DNA from: Octopus sinensis
Lineage: Eukaryota
Direction: 5' to 3'
Length of the DNA stretch: 64,000 bases
Assembly: GCF_006345805.1 (NCBI RefSeq)
Contig: NW_021833263.1
Span: forward strand, 1 to 64,000
Below, one piece after another: positions 1-13,201 of the stretch (position 1 is the first letter of the stretch; every line of letters begins with the position of its first letter). The notes under the pieces are model-generated. The model did no database searches. It was given only the letters and a program-made list of their open reading frames with translations, and was not told the DNA's origin. The translations under genes were made by a program, and so were the position numbers.

Positions 1-129
1 GCTTCCTGATCCAATTTCTTTATTATCATTTTCTTCGTGATTTTTTTACCAATTTTTCGAAATTTCTCTACCTTTATCCTCAAGATTCTTTCCACCATAC
101 TGTCTCTTTCTTTGCCTCTCTGACAATTT

Positions 130-199
<70 letters not shown>

Positions 200-277
200 G
201 ATTATCTATCTACCATTGTCGCTTTCATTATATGTATGTGCATACACACACAATTTTATTCAGGTATACACACACCC

Positions 278-354
<77 letters not shown>

Positions 355-538
355 TATATATATATATATACATGTGTGTATGTATATATGTAGATACATA
401 TATTTTCCTTGCAGCATCTTCATGTGAGTTGAGATATCTGTTCGTGATCTCCTTACTCCTATTATCCACCCTTCCACTACTTCCACCTCTCTCTCTCTCT
501 CTCCACACACACACACATATATATATATGTATATACAC

Positions 539-669
<131 letters not shown>

Positions 670-1052
670 CCCACCCACCTATCTATCTCTATCTCTATCT
701 CTCCACTCGCTCATTTTTATCATCTCTTCCCGGTGCCATCCATCCATCCACTCAGATGGATGGATGGATGCTCGTTGGTCATTTTTTACTCCATCGTTCT
801 GTTAACCTATTTTGTGTTTTTTTTGTACATTAATGTGTGCATGTGTAAGCAGGGGTGCGCACACATACACATATACACACATATGTATATATACTTGAAG
901 ACAGATTTATTTTCATGTATATATATATATATATGTATATACATATACACATACATATATGTATGTATGTCTATATGAGTGTGTGTATATAAATATATAT
1001 ATATGTACATGCATGACTCTGTGTGTGTGTGTGTGTGTGGTGTTGTGGTGTG

Positions 1053-1106
<54 letters not shown>

Positions 1107-2078
1107 TGGGTGTGTGTGTGTGTGTGTGTGTTACTTGCACTTTCGAACTTGCCGTGCATTCTTATAAAAGAATTACGGCTTATTGGAATTTTGTAGCCCC
1201 TCCGTCACCGATACACCCGCCTAGTTTTTACGTCTTCTTCAACACTCTCTACATTCTTTCTTTCTTTCCTTTCTTCTTTTTCTTCTTTCTTTCTTCATTT
1301 CGTTCTTTTCTCTTTTTCTTCATCACAAGATGCCCCACCTTCTTTCGTGTCTGCTTATGGCATTCTACGACTGAGATGGTGTGTATACTTGTACACCTAT
1401 GTATATATTTCACTTTATACGTATATACGTATACGTCTGTAAGTGTATGAATGTGCTCCTATATGAATGCATGTGTGTATGTATATATGTATATATGTAT
1501 ATATGTATTTACACACACACACACACACACACACAACACACACACATATACCTGCATGTGTATGTTTCTGGTTCTGTGCATCCTTCAATGTATTTATTGA
1601 TGCGCTTCTCTCTACGCAAGAGAGTATAGAGATATTGATGTACAATACGCATGCACACATACACCCCAAAACACAAAGACAAACGCACATATATTTACAT
1701 ATATGTTTATATATATATATATATGCATATATACATATTTGTATGCTTATGTGTGTGTATATTTGCATTTATGTATGTTTACATAATGACATATATAAGT
1801 TTATACAGTAATGTTTATATATGAATATATAGTACATACACATATACATACATATATACATATATACATATATACGTATATACATGTATATAGATAGAGA
1901 GAGAGAGGGAAATAGAGAGATGTGTTTGCATAAGTATATATATATATGACTATATACATACATATATATATATATATACACACATATACTTTAATATATA
2001 AACATGCATATATACATTATATATATATACATACATATACATATACATATATATTATATACTATATTATATATATAAT

Positions 2079-2121
<43 letters not shown>

Positions 2122-3530
2122 ATATATATACGTACATATATATGTATATATACGTACATATATATATATCGCAGTACAGAACGTTCATAATGACATACAC
2201 ATGCTACAAACACATAAATACAGAAATACACACCTATACACACTCGCGCGCGTATACATATATAAAGACATACGAAAAATATATGAAATAAAATAAAACA
2301 ACTAACAAAAAGCAAAAATGAAAAATATAAAAAAATTCCCCACCAAAAGGAAAAAAAAACTTACAAAATGAACAATAAATATTAATAAAATAGAATGAGA
2401 AAATCCCACCTTCTGATATATATCAAGCCTGTCTTGATCGATTGCTTTCACCGATCAAAGGAATGATCTATGCAACACAACTAAGCTCTGAGCGAACGCT
2501 TACCCTTTGAAAATTTCTCAAATGACTACCGAGTACTTTGCTGTTTTCTGCTCACATACTTACACTCTTTCTGTTTTTCACTCTCCTTCTGTCCCTCACG
2601 CTTTCTCTGTATCTCTCTCTATTGTTTTTATCTCCCTTTTGTTAGCTCTTATTTTTTTGCCAGATTTTTTGTATTTTCGCTTGTTCTTATTTATTTTATT
2701 ATTTGTTTTTATTTCTCATTCTATTTGGGTTTTATTTCATCTTTTCTTTTCTTTTTTTTACATGCTCCCCCCACCCACTGTTGTATTTCTTTTTTTCTTC
2801 TTATTTGTTACTCGTGTTATTCTTTGGATTTCTACTTTTCTTTCTTCGCCCAACTACGTCTCTTTCCTTTTTTTACTTTCTGTCTGTGTAATATATATAT
2901 ATATATATATATACATACACGTATGTGTGTGTGTATGTATACGTGTATGTATATGCATAACTATGATATATATATATATATTTATACATATGACTATACG
3001 CATATACGTGTATATTCATATATTTATGTACGTACGTATGTGTGCATGTATGCATGTATGCATGTATGTATATATGTATGTATGTAAACACATACATTCC
3101 AACAGCGAGATTGAGAGAGAGGCAGTGAATAAGAGAGTGAGATAAAGAAAGTGTAAGAAGTATAGACGTATCGGAACGCCAAAATGTATATACATATTTA
3201 TGCAAGCACACCCACTGCATATTCGTGAACCCCCATACGTATATACTACACACAGGAATGAAACTTGTCCTGAGATCAACTTAACTAAAAAAAAAAAAAA
3301 TATGCAGAAAATCTACTGCGAGGACTAGGCATAAAATATATCACACACAAACAAGACACCCATACACGCATGCAACAATATATACACAAATATACACACA
3401 CAACAACAACCACACACACACACAAACACACACACGTGTATTTGTGTTTTTTGCATGTATATATGGGTGTCTGGTTTGTTATAGTGTGATATATTTTTTT
3501 TAGTTTTCGAGGTAGGCCGTTTTGCTTTGT

Positions 3531-3599
<69 letters not shown>

Positions 3600-3682
3600 C
3601 ATATATATATATATATATTATATATATATACATACATACATACATACCATACATACTAAATACATACATACATACATACATT

Positions 3683-3757
<75 letters not shown>

Positions 3758-4559
3758 GCCTACGAATACACATACATACATACATACATGCATACATACA
3801 AACATACATGCATATATACATATACGTTTCTACGCTTTTGAATGTATGTATTTACTTAAAGAGTGCCCGTGCATGTGCGTCTTGTATCCGAAGTCCATGT
3901 TTCACGCGAGATGAAATTTCAGCCACCATATTTGTCCGACAAGATATCCTTGTAATGATCTTCCGACAAACACGATAAATTAATTCAATGTCTAAGGATG
4001 TTTTATTGTTTGTAGATATGTACATATGCATATTTTCTTTACTCTACATACACGTACATAAACACACGCACACACACACACATACACACACGCACACACA
4101 CACACACACACACATATTCGCATACCTTCACACACACACACACACAAACACATATATAATATAACAAGAAGTAAAATTTATTGGTATTATTTATTCACCG
4201 TTACACATGTTTCATTTGCTAATAGGAATTACAGAGTTTTATATGTCAGATAGATATGTAAACCCTATCATTTCTCTTGGCAGATTGAAACATCAATGAA
4301 TTTTCCAACTTTCTGTTTTGTTATACAACAAATCTGCAAACAAAATTCCTGGAATTTTCAACTTTGATGCGTAACTCTATGCATATATATATATATTATA
4401 TATATATATATATATAATATATATATGTGTTGTGTGTGTGTGTGTTGTGGGGTGTGTGTGTATCTATGTATGCATATACGTATATATGAACATATAGATA
4501 CATATATATATACACAAATATATATAATATAAATAATATATACATACATATATGTACAT

Positions 4560-4830
4560 ACTTTCACTTATATGTGTATTCATAGGCATATGTGGGCACA
4601 GGACGTCACAGAATGTAAACAACATGAAATACGAAATACGAGTACGTGAAATATGAACTTTTCTTGCGAATAACGAAAGAAAGTAATGGAAAACAAGACG
4701 AGCAACATAAAGAACGACCTTTCATCAGTTGTCGGCTGTTTTCTACTCCGTATTTCGAGTAATTCACGACAAGATACGCCTTCAATAAAATAGTTGCTCC
4801 CGCAAAGCAAATTAAATAAAATTTGGGATT
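4560..4830 (-). mobile_element. Short interspersed element (family E), related in layout to families C/D; GAAA...CUGAUGA motif pair
   Basis: On the minus strand GAAA (4756-4753) is followed after 24 nt by CTGATGA (4728-4722), then a T-rich TTTCGTATTTC tail and a TA-rich terminus. The layout matches 38241-38551, 58937-59384 and 61720-61961. Confidence 0.5.
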
Positions 4831-5989
4831 TTACACACATACGCACATGAAAATTTACTGTCTGCTATAGTTTTGAGTTTGACCCTTGGCTGATCGTGAC
4901 TGTAAATGAAATAGAATAACCTGTTGCAGTAATATGATAGGGATTTGGGGAATGTATTGAGTTCTGTTATTTACTGTTTGTTCTATGCATAATATATTTT
5001 TATATACTTTACAATGTGTATATTATAATCTATAGGCATGTGTATATACACATACATATATATATATGGCGGGGGTAGGGGTTGAAAAGGGGGTTAAAAG
5101 TCCATACAAATAAAAAATTATGGTTAAAAAGATAATTAAATTTGGAAAAGGAAGAAAGTATATTTTAGAGATTGTTTAATATTTTTGTTGCAGTGAGTGA
5201 TTTAAAATATAACCGGTTTTGATGTATACATCTTATCAAATATTAAAAATTTTTTTTAGGAAATTAAAGAGAAAAAAGTTGGGTGCTAACAGTTTGTGCC
5301 CATGTTTTAGTGCATAGTGAAATTTTACTCTCCTTGTATGTTTTTGTCTATGTCGGTTTCATGTGGGTTTCAAGAGTTCAAGTTTCAAGAATTCTATTGA
5401 AAAGAAATCTTTTGAATTGAATAGGTCGTTTATATTCAGGATATGGCCAGCTCTGCGCTTGTGTGTGCCTGTGCGCGCGCGTGCGCGCGTGTTTGGAATA
5501 TATTGTGTAAGTATTTTTCTTTTTTACCTTTTCCTATTGTGAGAATATGGCCAGTGATTAAAGATGGTCATCCAAAGGATTTAGAAGGAATTAATTTGCT
5601 TTGTTGTATGTGTGTGTGTGTGTGTGTGTGTGCGCGCGCCTGCGCACGTGTGTGTGTGTATGAGTGTGTATGTCTATGTATGTGTGTTGCTTTTGTATTT
5701 GGAAATATGTTTTGGAAATATGTATTGTGGTGTACTTTTTTGTTTTGGGGGATATGTGTGTAGGTGGCTGTTATTGTGGAATGTATGCGTGTATGTGTTT
5801 GTGACAGATTCTTATTTATTGATTAATAGTATGTGTTTAGATATTTAGTTATGGTTTAAATTTGTTAAAGAATTGGACGTAGGGTGTGTGTGCATGTTTG
5901 ATTGTTTTTTGTAGTGTGTGTATTGTTTTGTCTGTGTGTGCGTGTGTGTGTGTGTTATTGTGGTATGTGTGTGTTATTGTAGTGTATGT

Positions 5990-6600
5990 ATACATGTGTG
6001 TGTGTGCCACAGGTCCCTGTTTATTGATTAATGTTGGGTGTTTCAATATTTAGCTGTGGTTTATATTTGTTGATGAATTGTTTTTCCTTGTTTATTCTCT
6101 GTTGTTGGGTAAAAGAGTCCGAGCACTTTTAGAAAGGGAAGATTTTTAAATTGGGCAAGCCCAATCCCGCACAGTTTGCAATGTGCCTACTTAGTGGAAT
6201 CTTCCTTGTGCTCTCGTCTCAGATCTGATGGCGATGTATCGTCGTACTTTTGCGTCATGAAAACTCCCGTCTGTCCTATGTTGCTGATATTCACTGCATG
6301 TTATTGCGTAGATTAAATTTTCGAAGTTACAGATGAAGTTTACTTTAAAAGTTTGTCCATCTTTAAATTTGAATCTTAAATCTTTCATTAAGTATAAAGA
6401 GGTGCTACAATTTGTTTTTCCACATTTTGTCACAATTGGGTTGAGGATTTGCTTATGTGTTTTCGTTCCAGTGAGGGGTTGTTTGAGTGTTCTGGGCTGC
6501 CTTTTGCTTTTGATGATTTAGTGTTTCCAGAATGTTTTTCATTACTTCATCTTCTTGTAGAATGGGGAGACTTTGTGGGTGAGATCAAGTATTTCAGTGT
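5990..6600 (-). pseudogene. Decayed Penelope-like element (Neptune-type Cys linker + GIY-YIG endonuclease), 5'-truncated
   Basis: Minus-strand frames join, with frameshifts and stops, as IIKSKRQP...KCGKTNCSTSLYL...CNFENLIYAITCSE..Q(Y)IGQTG..TIHRHQI*DESTRKIPLSRHIANC..KIFPF*KC..INKEKQFINKYKPQLN. A diverged direct repeat of the ORF end lies at 5815-5876 versus 6020-6081 (pLTR-like). Clade is inferred from motifs only. Confidence 0.8.
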
Positions 6601-6824
6601 TTCTGAGGTTGAAGGTTGACACCCATGGTAAAATATTTTTCTTTTGAATATTTGATACGATGGATATATCGAAACGAGTTATATTTTAAATCACTCACTG
6701 TAACAAAAATATCAAACATTCTTATATATATTCTTATATATATTTTTCGGCCTTTTCCAACTTTGCTTGTGTTTTTTACAATATATATATGTATGTATAA
6801 CTTAGGAAGAATCTGATTACTTTC

Positions 6825-7794
6825 TTCCAAAGAATGGTCTTATAGATTACGATAAAAAGTAACCTTAATAACGTAAATTTTTTCAATTATCAACTTAGAT
6901 TTGCAATTAGATAAATTTAAACCCTACCGCAAGCCCAATGCAAAGCTATGTTATATTAGCAAAGAATCTAATCATCCGCCCGTAATTCTTAAGAATCTAG
7001 TTAGTAATGTAGGTAGGCGAATATCATCAATTTCGACGGATGAGACAGCATTTCAAAATGCTGCGCCAAATTACAGCAATGGAATAAAGAAAAGTAGATT
7101 CTCGAAGACGGTCCAGTATAGTCAAGTCAATTCTAGCAATAATAGGCCACGTAGAACTAGAACTAGGAAAGTATTGTGGTTTAACCCTGCATTTAATATT
7201 GCCGTAAAAACTAATATTGTTAGGGAATTTTTTAAATTAGTTTCTAAGCATTTTCAATCTAGCCATAAGAACTATAGAATATTTAATAGGAGAACACTGA
7301 AGGTTAGCTATTCTTGTTGCAAAAACTTCGCCTCTTTTATTAACCAGCATAACACAAAAATTATTACAGACAACTACAGTACCGAATTTAATCTGAGGAA
7401 CTGCAGCTGCAAAGAGAAGACTTGCTGTCCGTTGGAAGGAAAATGTCTTGAAAAAGGTATTGTTTATAGATCCAAAGTGCAAGTAGATGGCTTGCAAGAA
7501 TATAAAACATATACAGGAGCTTCAGAAATTTTATTCAAGACTCGATTCTATTCCCACCGATATTCTTTCCGATACCCCGAAAACAGGACAGCGACTAGTC
7601 TTGCAAAGTATATCTGAGAACTGAAAGAGAATGACACCCATCCTTTCAATGTAACCTGGGAAATTTTAGAATATGCATCAGCATACAGACATGGCGCTTA
7701 TAAAAGACCTATGAAATGTAATCTTTGCCTCTCAGAAAAGTTCTTCATCCTGTTCCAGGATAAAAATGCTTTGACCAGAGACACGAGCGCTTAA
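6825..7794 (+). pseudogene. Decayed Penelope-like element: end of RT, thumb and C-terminal GIY-YIG endonuclease (Hydra-like motif set), 5'-truncated
   Basis: ORF 6901-7617 has KFKPYRKPN..YISKESNHPP, WFNPAFNIAVKTNI, KVSYSC..FINQHN, CSCKEKTCCPLEGKC, IVYRSKV..YTGAS..FKTRFYSH. An in-frame TGA replaces the conserved Trp (LAKYI*ELKE) and the frame continues TWEIL..KCNLCLSEK to TAA at 7792-7794. A frameshifted NGL.ITIKSNLNNVNFF motif lies upstream. Confidence 0.9.
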
Positions 7795-8249
7795 ATTCCT
7801 GAAGGAACGCCGCAAAATTTATAATGTCAACCGACAAAATACCGTATGGGTAAAATGTTTTGGTTTTCGAAATATTTTTTTGACTGGCGCATTTGAATTT
7901 GACTTTACACGGTATAGTTATTTTGCATTGCAATGCTAATGTAAATTTCGACCTCGCTTTTAAGAAAGTCTTTTACTGTTTTACTATTTTAAGCTTAAAC
8001 TTCGCCGAGGTTTATTTTTATTGTTATTGTCTACTCACGTATTTAATTATGTTATATCAAATTGATTGATTCTAGTTTCAGCTCACGAGCTGTGGCCATG
8101 CTGGGGCACCGCCATATTTCCTTATTTTTACATATATTGTTTGCATATATACGTTATGGTGTATATATTTATCTGATGTGAAGATGTGTCTCTATATACT
8201 TATGTGTATGTATGTATTGTAGGTATGTATATGTCTGTATGTGTGTGTG

Positions 8250-8299
<50 letters not shown>

Positions 8300-9130
8300 G
8301 TGTGTGTGTATATATTTATATACAATATATATGCATACATATATGCATACATATATAAATGTGTATGTATATGTGTATGTGTATGTATATGTGTATGTGT
8401 ATGTATACGAACGGGAACGTGAAACTCTTAGTAACAGTTTTTGTGATAATTTTGCTGCTTTGTAATAAACTATATAACAAATAATTAAGGAGAAAACATT
8501 TGCGAAGATATTGACTCTGCTATTATCTAGTGTAACAATTAAAATGATAATAACAGAATTAATAATATTGACGATTGCAGGCACAAAATGCTGTAGTATT
8601 AAAATTAATCAAAGGACATACTAAGTAAGTCTACCTGCTGGAAATAACAGTCAAAACTCTTATTTAAATCGCCGAAAAAAAACACTGATAATAAACTACA
8701 GAAATCAACCGTCAACGGTTATATATATATATATATATATACTTGTATGTATGTATATAGAGGTATGCATTATATATATATATGTATGTATATATTATAT
8801 ATATATATATATATTATATTATTATGCATATATGCATATATATACATATTAAATATAATGACACACACATGCACATGGAGAAAGAAGGAGAGTGAGTGAG
8901 AGAGAAAGAGAGAGAGACGGAAATAATGTGGTAATATATAAAATCATGTAAACATGTAGATAAATGATTAAACAGAAAAACAGATAGGCTAACAGACAAA
9001 TCGATAACGAGTTCTTTGATCTATATCTGTCTATGTATGTGAGTGTGCGTGTGTAGGACTATGTATGTGACTTAACCAGATTCGGGCTGGACATAGCGAT
9101 GATAGACAGATGTTTATACGTGATATATTG

Positions 9131-9556
9131 ACTTCAAATTTTTGCACAAGGCCAGTAATTCTACGGGAGGAGATAAGTCGATTTCATCGACTCCAGCGTA
9201 CAGCTAGTACTTATTTTATCGACCTCGAAAGGATGAAAGTAATGTCGACATCGAAGGCATTTAAACTTGGAACGTAAAGACTACGAAATGCCACTAAGCA
9301 TTTTGCTCTGCGCAGTAACGATTCTACCAGCTTTTCGCCTTATTTATACCTGAAATATTGGTTTCTAATTTTGGCACAAGGTCTACAATTTTAGAGAGGG
9401 AGTAAGTCGGTTCCATCGTTTCTACTGATGAACAGGTATTTATTTCCTCTAGCCCGGAAGTGATGAAAGGCAAAGTTGAACTCGGAACGTAATGGCAGAC
9501 AAAATACCGCTGACCACTTTGCCTGGCATTGTAAAGATCCTGCAGCTCACGGCCTT
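9131..9556 (-). mobile_element. Two tandem copies of tRNA-derived SINE family 1 (9131-9342, 9361-9556)
   Basis: Both match the repeated unit GGCG..GCTGGCAGAATCGTTA..GTTCAAAT..GTCGAC..CATCCTTTCGGGGTCGATAAA..GTACCAG..GGCCTTGTGC seen about 10 times in the window. Confidence 0.75.
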
Positions 9557-9799
9557 TCATACCTTAAATATTAAGACTAAAGTTTAGGTTAGTTATAGAT
9601 GGGAAACAGAAGCAGGGAGAGAGAGAGAGAGAAAGAGTCGGATAGGTAGACACAGAAAGTGAGAGAGGGGGCACGGGGAGAAAGGAAATGATTGAAGAGT
9701 ATTTAGTAAGCTACCTGGTGATGAGACTAGTAATTTCATGGGTTAAAATTAAATTAAGGAACGCACTTAAAAAGGCATCAGATTAAAACAACGATATAG

Positions 9800-10192
9800 T
9801 AAGGTGGCTGTGAACTCAGAAGTTTGCATTCCAACCATATGATTGCGGTTTCAGTTCCACAGCTTTGGTCGGCTCGATGCTATAGTAGAAGACACTTGCC
9901 CAAGATGCTACGCAGTGGGACTGAATCCGGAGCAATGTGGTTGGTAATCAAGCTACTTATATATATACTTATATATGCATGCGTGTGTATGCGTATGTGT
10001 GTACGTGTTTATTTTTGTATATGTGTTTGTCCCAACCATCGCTTGACAATTGTTGGTGTGTTTATATCCCCGTAATCCAGCGGTTCGGCCAAAGAGGCTG
10101 GTAGCATAAGTAACAGGTTTAAAAAAGAATAAGTACTGGGATCGACTCCTTCGACTAAATTTCTTCAGTCTAATGACTGAAACAAGGTAAAA
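9800..10192 (+). mobile_element. SINE family 2 (internal microsatellite, GACTGAAACAAG tail), rearranged
   Basis: Shares CATCGCTTGACAA..CCCCGTAA..AGCGGTTCGGC..GAATAAGTACTGGG..TCGACTAA..GACTGAAAC with 49606-49842 and 56088-56481. Confidence 0.7.
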
Positions 10193-10667
10193 TCAGAATA
10201 TGAAGACACTGACCTAGAACTGGGATAGTTTTAATATACTCTTCTCTTGAGAAAATTTGTGTGTTAAAAATGCAGAGCTTGCTCAGAATGATGTTAGCAA
10301 ATTGTTAATGCATTTCAAGTGTATATATTGGACTTAATTAAACTTGGTCAGCTTCCGCACGAATCAGCGAACATTTAGTTGCTGATTTGTGCATAGGAAC
10401 GAAGGTTCCTGGTTAGTTTTGAATGACCAGGAATATTAATCACTGAGGAGTTCAGATGAAGCTGAAACGTCGGTATTTGACGTTCCACAGGCATCATGCA
10501 GAATGAGCTTTGTTTTTAGCACACAAAGTCCCTTAAGACAAATTTCTCAGAGCCAGCGCCCTTCAATGCTTATACAATATTATAAATGTGATACACATCA
10601 TTGTGTATATAGCAATAATAAATCTCTAAACGAGATGTAAACAGTAAGTGCACGACAATGTAAAGTA

Positions 10668-10908
10668 TACTAGCTATCTCAATATGGCTAACCACTAAGG
10701 GTGGGTGTTACTGTAGCTTGTAGCCCCGGCTTTAGGCACACTTTCTCACTTAGGTTGACGAGGGAGGGATGACCTCCCTTTGCAAATACTATAAGGGCAC
10801 AGAAAGTGTGCCTAAAGCCAGCTGGAGACGATGTTCTCCTGGGACTACAAGCTACAGTAACACCCACCCTTATTGGTTAGCCATATTGAGATGGCTAGTA
10901 TTCCTTAC
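10668..10908. repeat. Fold-back (long inverted repeat) ending at (TA)n; probable PLE pLTR derivative
   Basis: Arm 10668-10746 pairs with 10801-10900, with a 21-nt bulge at 10820-10840. The terminal 26 nt (10883-10908) recur identically at 14511-14536. Confidence 0.75.
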
Positions 10909-11134
10909 ATATATATATATATATATATTATGTGAAATAGAAAGATGAATATCTTGTAGCAGATTAATCAAAAGTTTAACCGATACCTTGGTAGCAAAAA
11001 TCACAGCAGAAGACAGCACGGTTGGAGGTACAACCATATGGTGTTGCAACCGTGCGTTGTGCGGATAATTGATATTAAAATATTATGGTGAATTGAAGAA
11101 ATGGAGCTGAACGAAGATTGAACAGAAATCGTTT

Positions 11135-11226
11135 TATTTCATCTACACGTGTTTCGAAAGGCACAATTTACCAAAATCCGATTGAATAATGAGACCATAT
11201 TGTGTCTTTCTCTTCAGGAAGAAATA
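11135..11226 (-). ncRNA. Type I hammerhead ribozyme motif (family A, canonical core)
   Basis: Minus strand reads stem I TATTTCTTC, then CTGAAGA, stem II GAAAGACACAA...TTGTGCCTTTC (10/11 pairs), GAAA, C-ACGT-G, a GUA cleavage triplet, and GATGAAATA pairing with stem I (8/9). It is in sense with the ORF. Activity is untested. Confidence 0.8.
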
Positions 11227-11842
11227 GGAAATCCGTTGGAAAAAACAAAAACAGAACAGAGGCGGAGCAAAACAAATCGAACTAGGCTCCTAAGAGCCCA
11301 TGGCAAAACTGTTTATCAGTGTATGTTGAGAACCGGTGGTTGAAGATTTTAACGGGTCAGGCAGCGGTCATTCCTGTGGTGAGGGTGTGTAGATGTTTTT
11401 TTGTGACCGAGAATAAGTTCTGACTATTTAAGGAATTTGGATGTTTTATAAGGGGCGAGAAAAAATCTACTTAGAGACATGTGTGTGTTTACTGTTCTAT
11501 ATATGTGTGCTGGTGCAGGTTGGCAAGACCTCCGTCAAGGGGTAGAAAACATTTTTTGTGTACGTGTGTGCGTTTGATCGCTCGGCTGTCAGTGGTTAAG
11601 CCGCTCTACACAATGGCTACTGCAGTAAGAACCGTTGGGTGGCAGAAAAAAATATATTATGTTTTATGTGTGCGTGTGTTCGTCTGAACCTGCCTTGTCA
11701 AGGAAACCCCCCGTCGTCAAAAAACAAAGCCCCGTTTATCTTACAGGAGTAATTCCCCTTGCAGTGGTTAATCGTAATTATCTTAAAGGCTATTTCAGAA
11801 TTTGTTACCAAGGGCTATGGGTGCAGGTATTATTTATAAACG

Positions 11843-12601
11843 CTATTTAAAAGCCAGATACGTGTAACGCCGCCAATGGGGGCATCGAAAAGCCGACTGT
11901 AAAAGTCCGTTTACCATCCGCCCTCTGGCGAACAAAATATGGAAGAGTTCGGAGACACAAAGGTTGCACTTCCTTCTGCCCCTATCGAATGGGAGGGCCA
12001 CCGACAAAATTGACCATTCCAGCCTGTAGCTTGAGTTCGTATCCTTCAATCGCCATATTAGCTTGCTGAGTCCCGTGGTCTGGCGTTTGTTCATGTCCCG
12101 AAAAGTTGCGTAATGATTGGAGATTCGCAAAGCCAATCTTGACGATGAGGCCCCTACATAAGTGTAGACATCTGAGTCCGTGTAAACCTTGCATTGGTAG
12201 ACGGCGTTTCTGATCTTGGAGTTCGCCGACGTGAATCTTATTCTGCTAGGATTAGTTTCTGAAATTAGAACTGCGTTCCTGTCACTATATTTGTTACGAG
12301 AACTGCAGCCGCTTAATACTTTATTTTCCACTACGTCACTATTAACTAACGGAATAACCCCTGATTCTCCACTGTCTATCAGAGTGCTGTCTTTGCTAGT
12401 GCCCGTGGTGCTGCTATTGCGGGAAATGATGCTGGGGTTGCTATTGGGGCTCTCTACCCTACTCCCATTGTTACCGTCAACCACAACACCCCTATTTATA
12501 ACTATACCCCTAGTGTGTACTCCCTGGCTGGAGCTGAGATTATGTGTCACTGTACTGGCTCTCATATCATTATTACTACTATAATTATTCCTACTGAGCA
12601 T
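11843..12601 (-). CDS. GIY-YIG endonuclease portion of PLE ORF with long Ser/Asn/Gly-rich N-terminal linker
   Basis: NAVYQCKV..YTYVGASS..LALRISNH, LSKLIWRLKD, YRLEWSIL, KCNLCVSELFHIL..MVN, FRCPH. The frame is open from about 12735 to 11843. The true start was lost by truncation, so the ATG at 12601 is internal. Confidence 0.75.
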   Translation of the reverse strand: MLSRNNYSSNNDMRASTVTHNLSSSQGVHTRGIVINRGVVVDGNNGSRVESPNSNPSIISRNSSTTGTSKDSTLIDSGESGVIPLVNSDVVENKVLSGCSSRNKYSDRNAVLISETNPSRIRFTSANSKIRNAVYQCKVYTDSDVYTYVGASSSRLALRISNHYATFRDMNKRQTTGLSKLIWRLKDTNSSYRLEWSILSVALPFDRGRRKCNLCVSELFHILFARGRMVNGLLQSAFRCPHWRRYTYLAFK

Positions 12602-13108
12602 TAAACCGGGAGCGGAAGAGGCTGTGCCTCCGGAAAAAGGTGATAGGGTCTTAGTAAGTAGTATATTATGGGAGGCGATTATCTGGGCGAGGTTTTTAGT
12701 GTTGGAGAAAGCTATCCTAACTTTATGCGAGTTAACCGTGGAGTAATATTGGAATTTCTGGGGAAGTTATTGGCGATGGCTTGTCTAAACATGAGGGGGA
12801 GGTTAGTTCTAATCTGCTTACCAAGGGAATTACAAACCATATATGCTTATTCCTATCTGTGTGATGGGTCGGGACGCCAGCTCTCGCATTCGGGTGGGTG
12901 ATTCTCGGATGAATAACGGGTTTTGGGTTAGTGTGAGATCTCCCGGACCGATAATTATCCTTGTTCGCTAAATTAAATGCGGGAGCGACTGCCCCAGCAC
13001 CCGCCGCGCTCCCGTCCCTACTTAAATTGTTTATGTTATTATAGACGGCCTAGTTCGATTTGTTTTGCTCCGCCTCTGTTCTGTTTTTGTTTTTTCCAAC
13101 GGATTTCC

Positions 13109-13201
13109 TATTTCTTCCTGAAGAGAAAGACACAATATGGTCTCATTATTCAATCGGATTTTGGTAAATTGTGCCTTTCGAAACACGTATAGAATGAAAT
13201 A
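13109..13201 (+). ncRNA. Hammerhead motif in the inverted pLTR copy (cleavage triplet mutated)
   Basis: Same fold as 11135-11226, but G16.2 is changed to A (13189), giving AUA and breaking the C15.2-G16.2 pair. Confidence 0.6.

Noticed and set aside
2395-2510. Protein-looking stretch NEKIPPSDIYQACLDRLLSPIKGMIYATQLSSERTLTL*
   Set aside because: Short, no recognisable family, and the upstream acceptor lacks a pyrimidine tract; I cannot support it as an exon.
7615-7617. In-frame TGA in the PLE ORF as selenocysteine/readthrough (known in some Naiad PLEs)
   Set aside because: It aligns with a conserved Trp (LSKLIWRLKD in the 11843 ORF), not Cys, so a TGG>TGA nonsense mutation is simpler. The element is also truncated and frameshifted.
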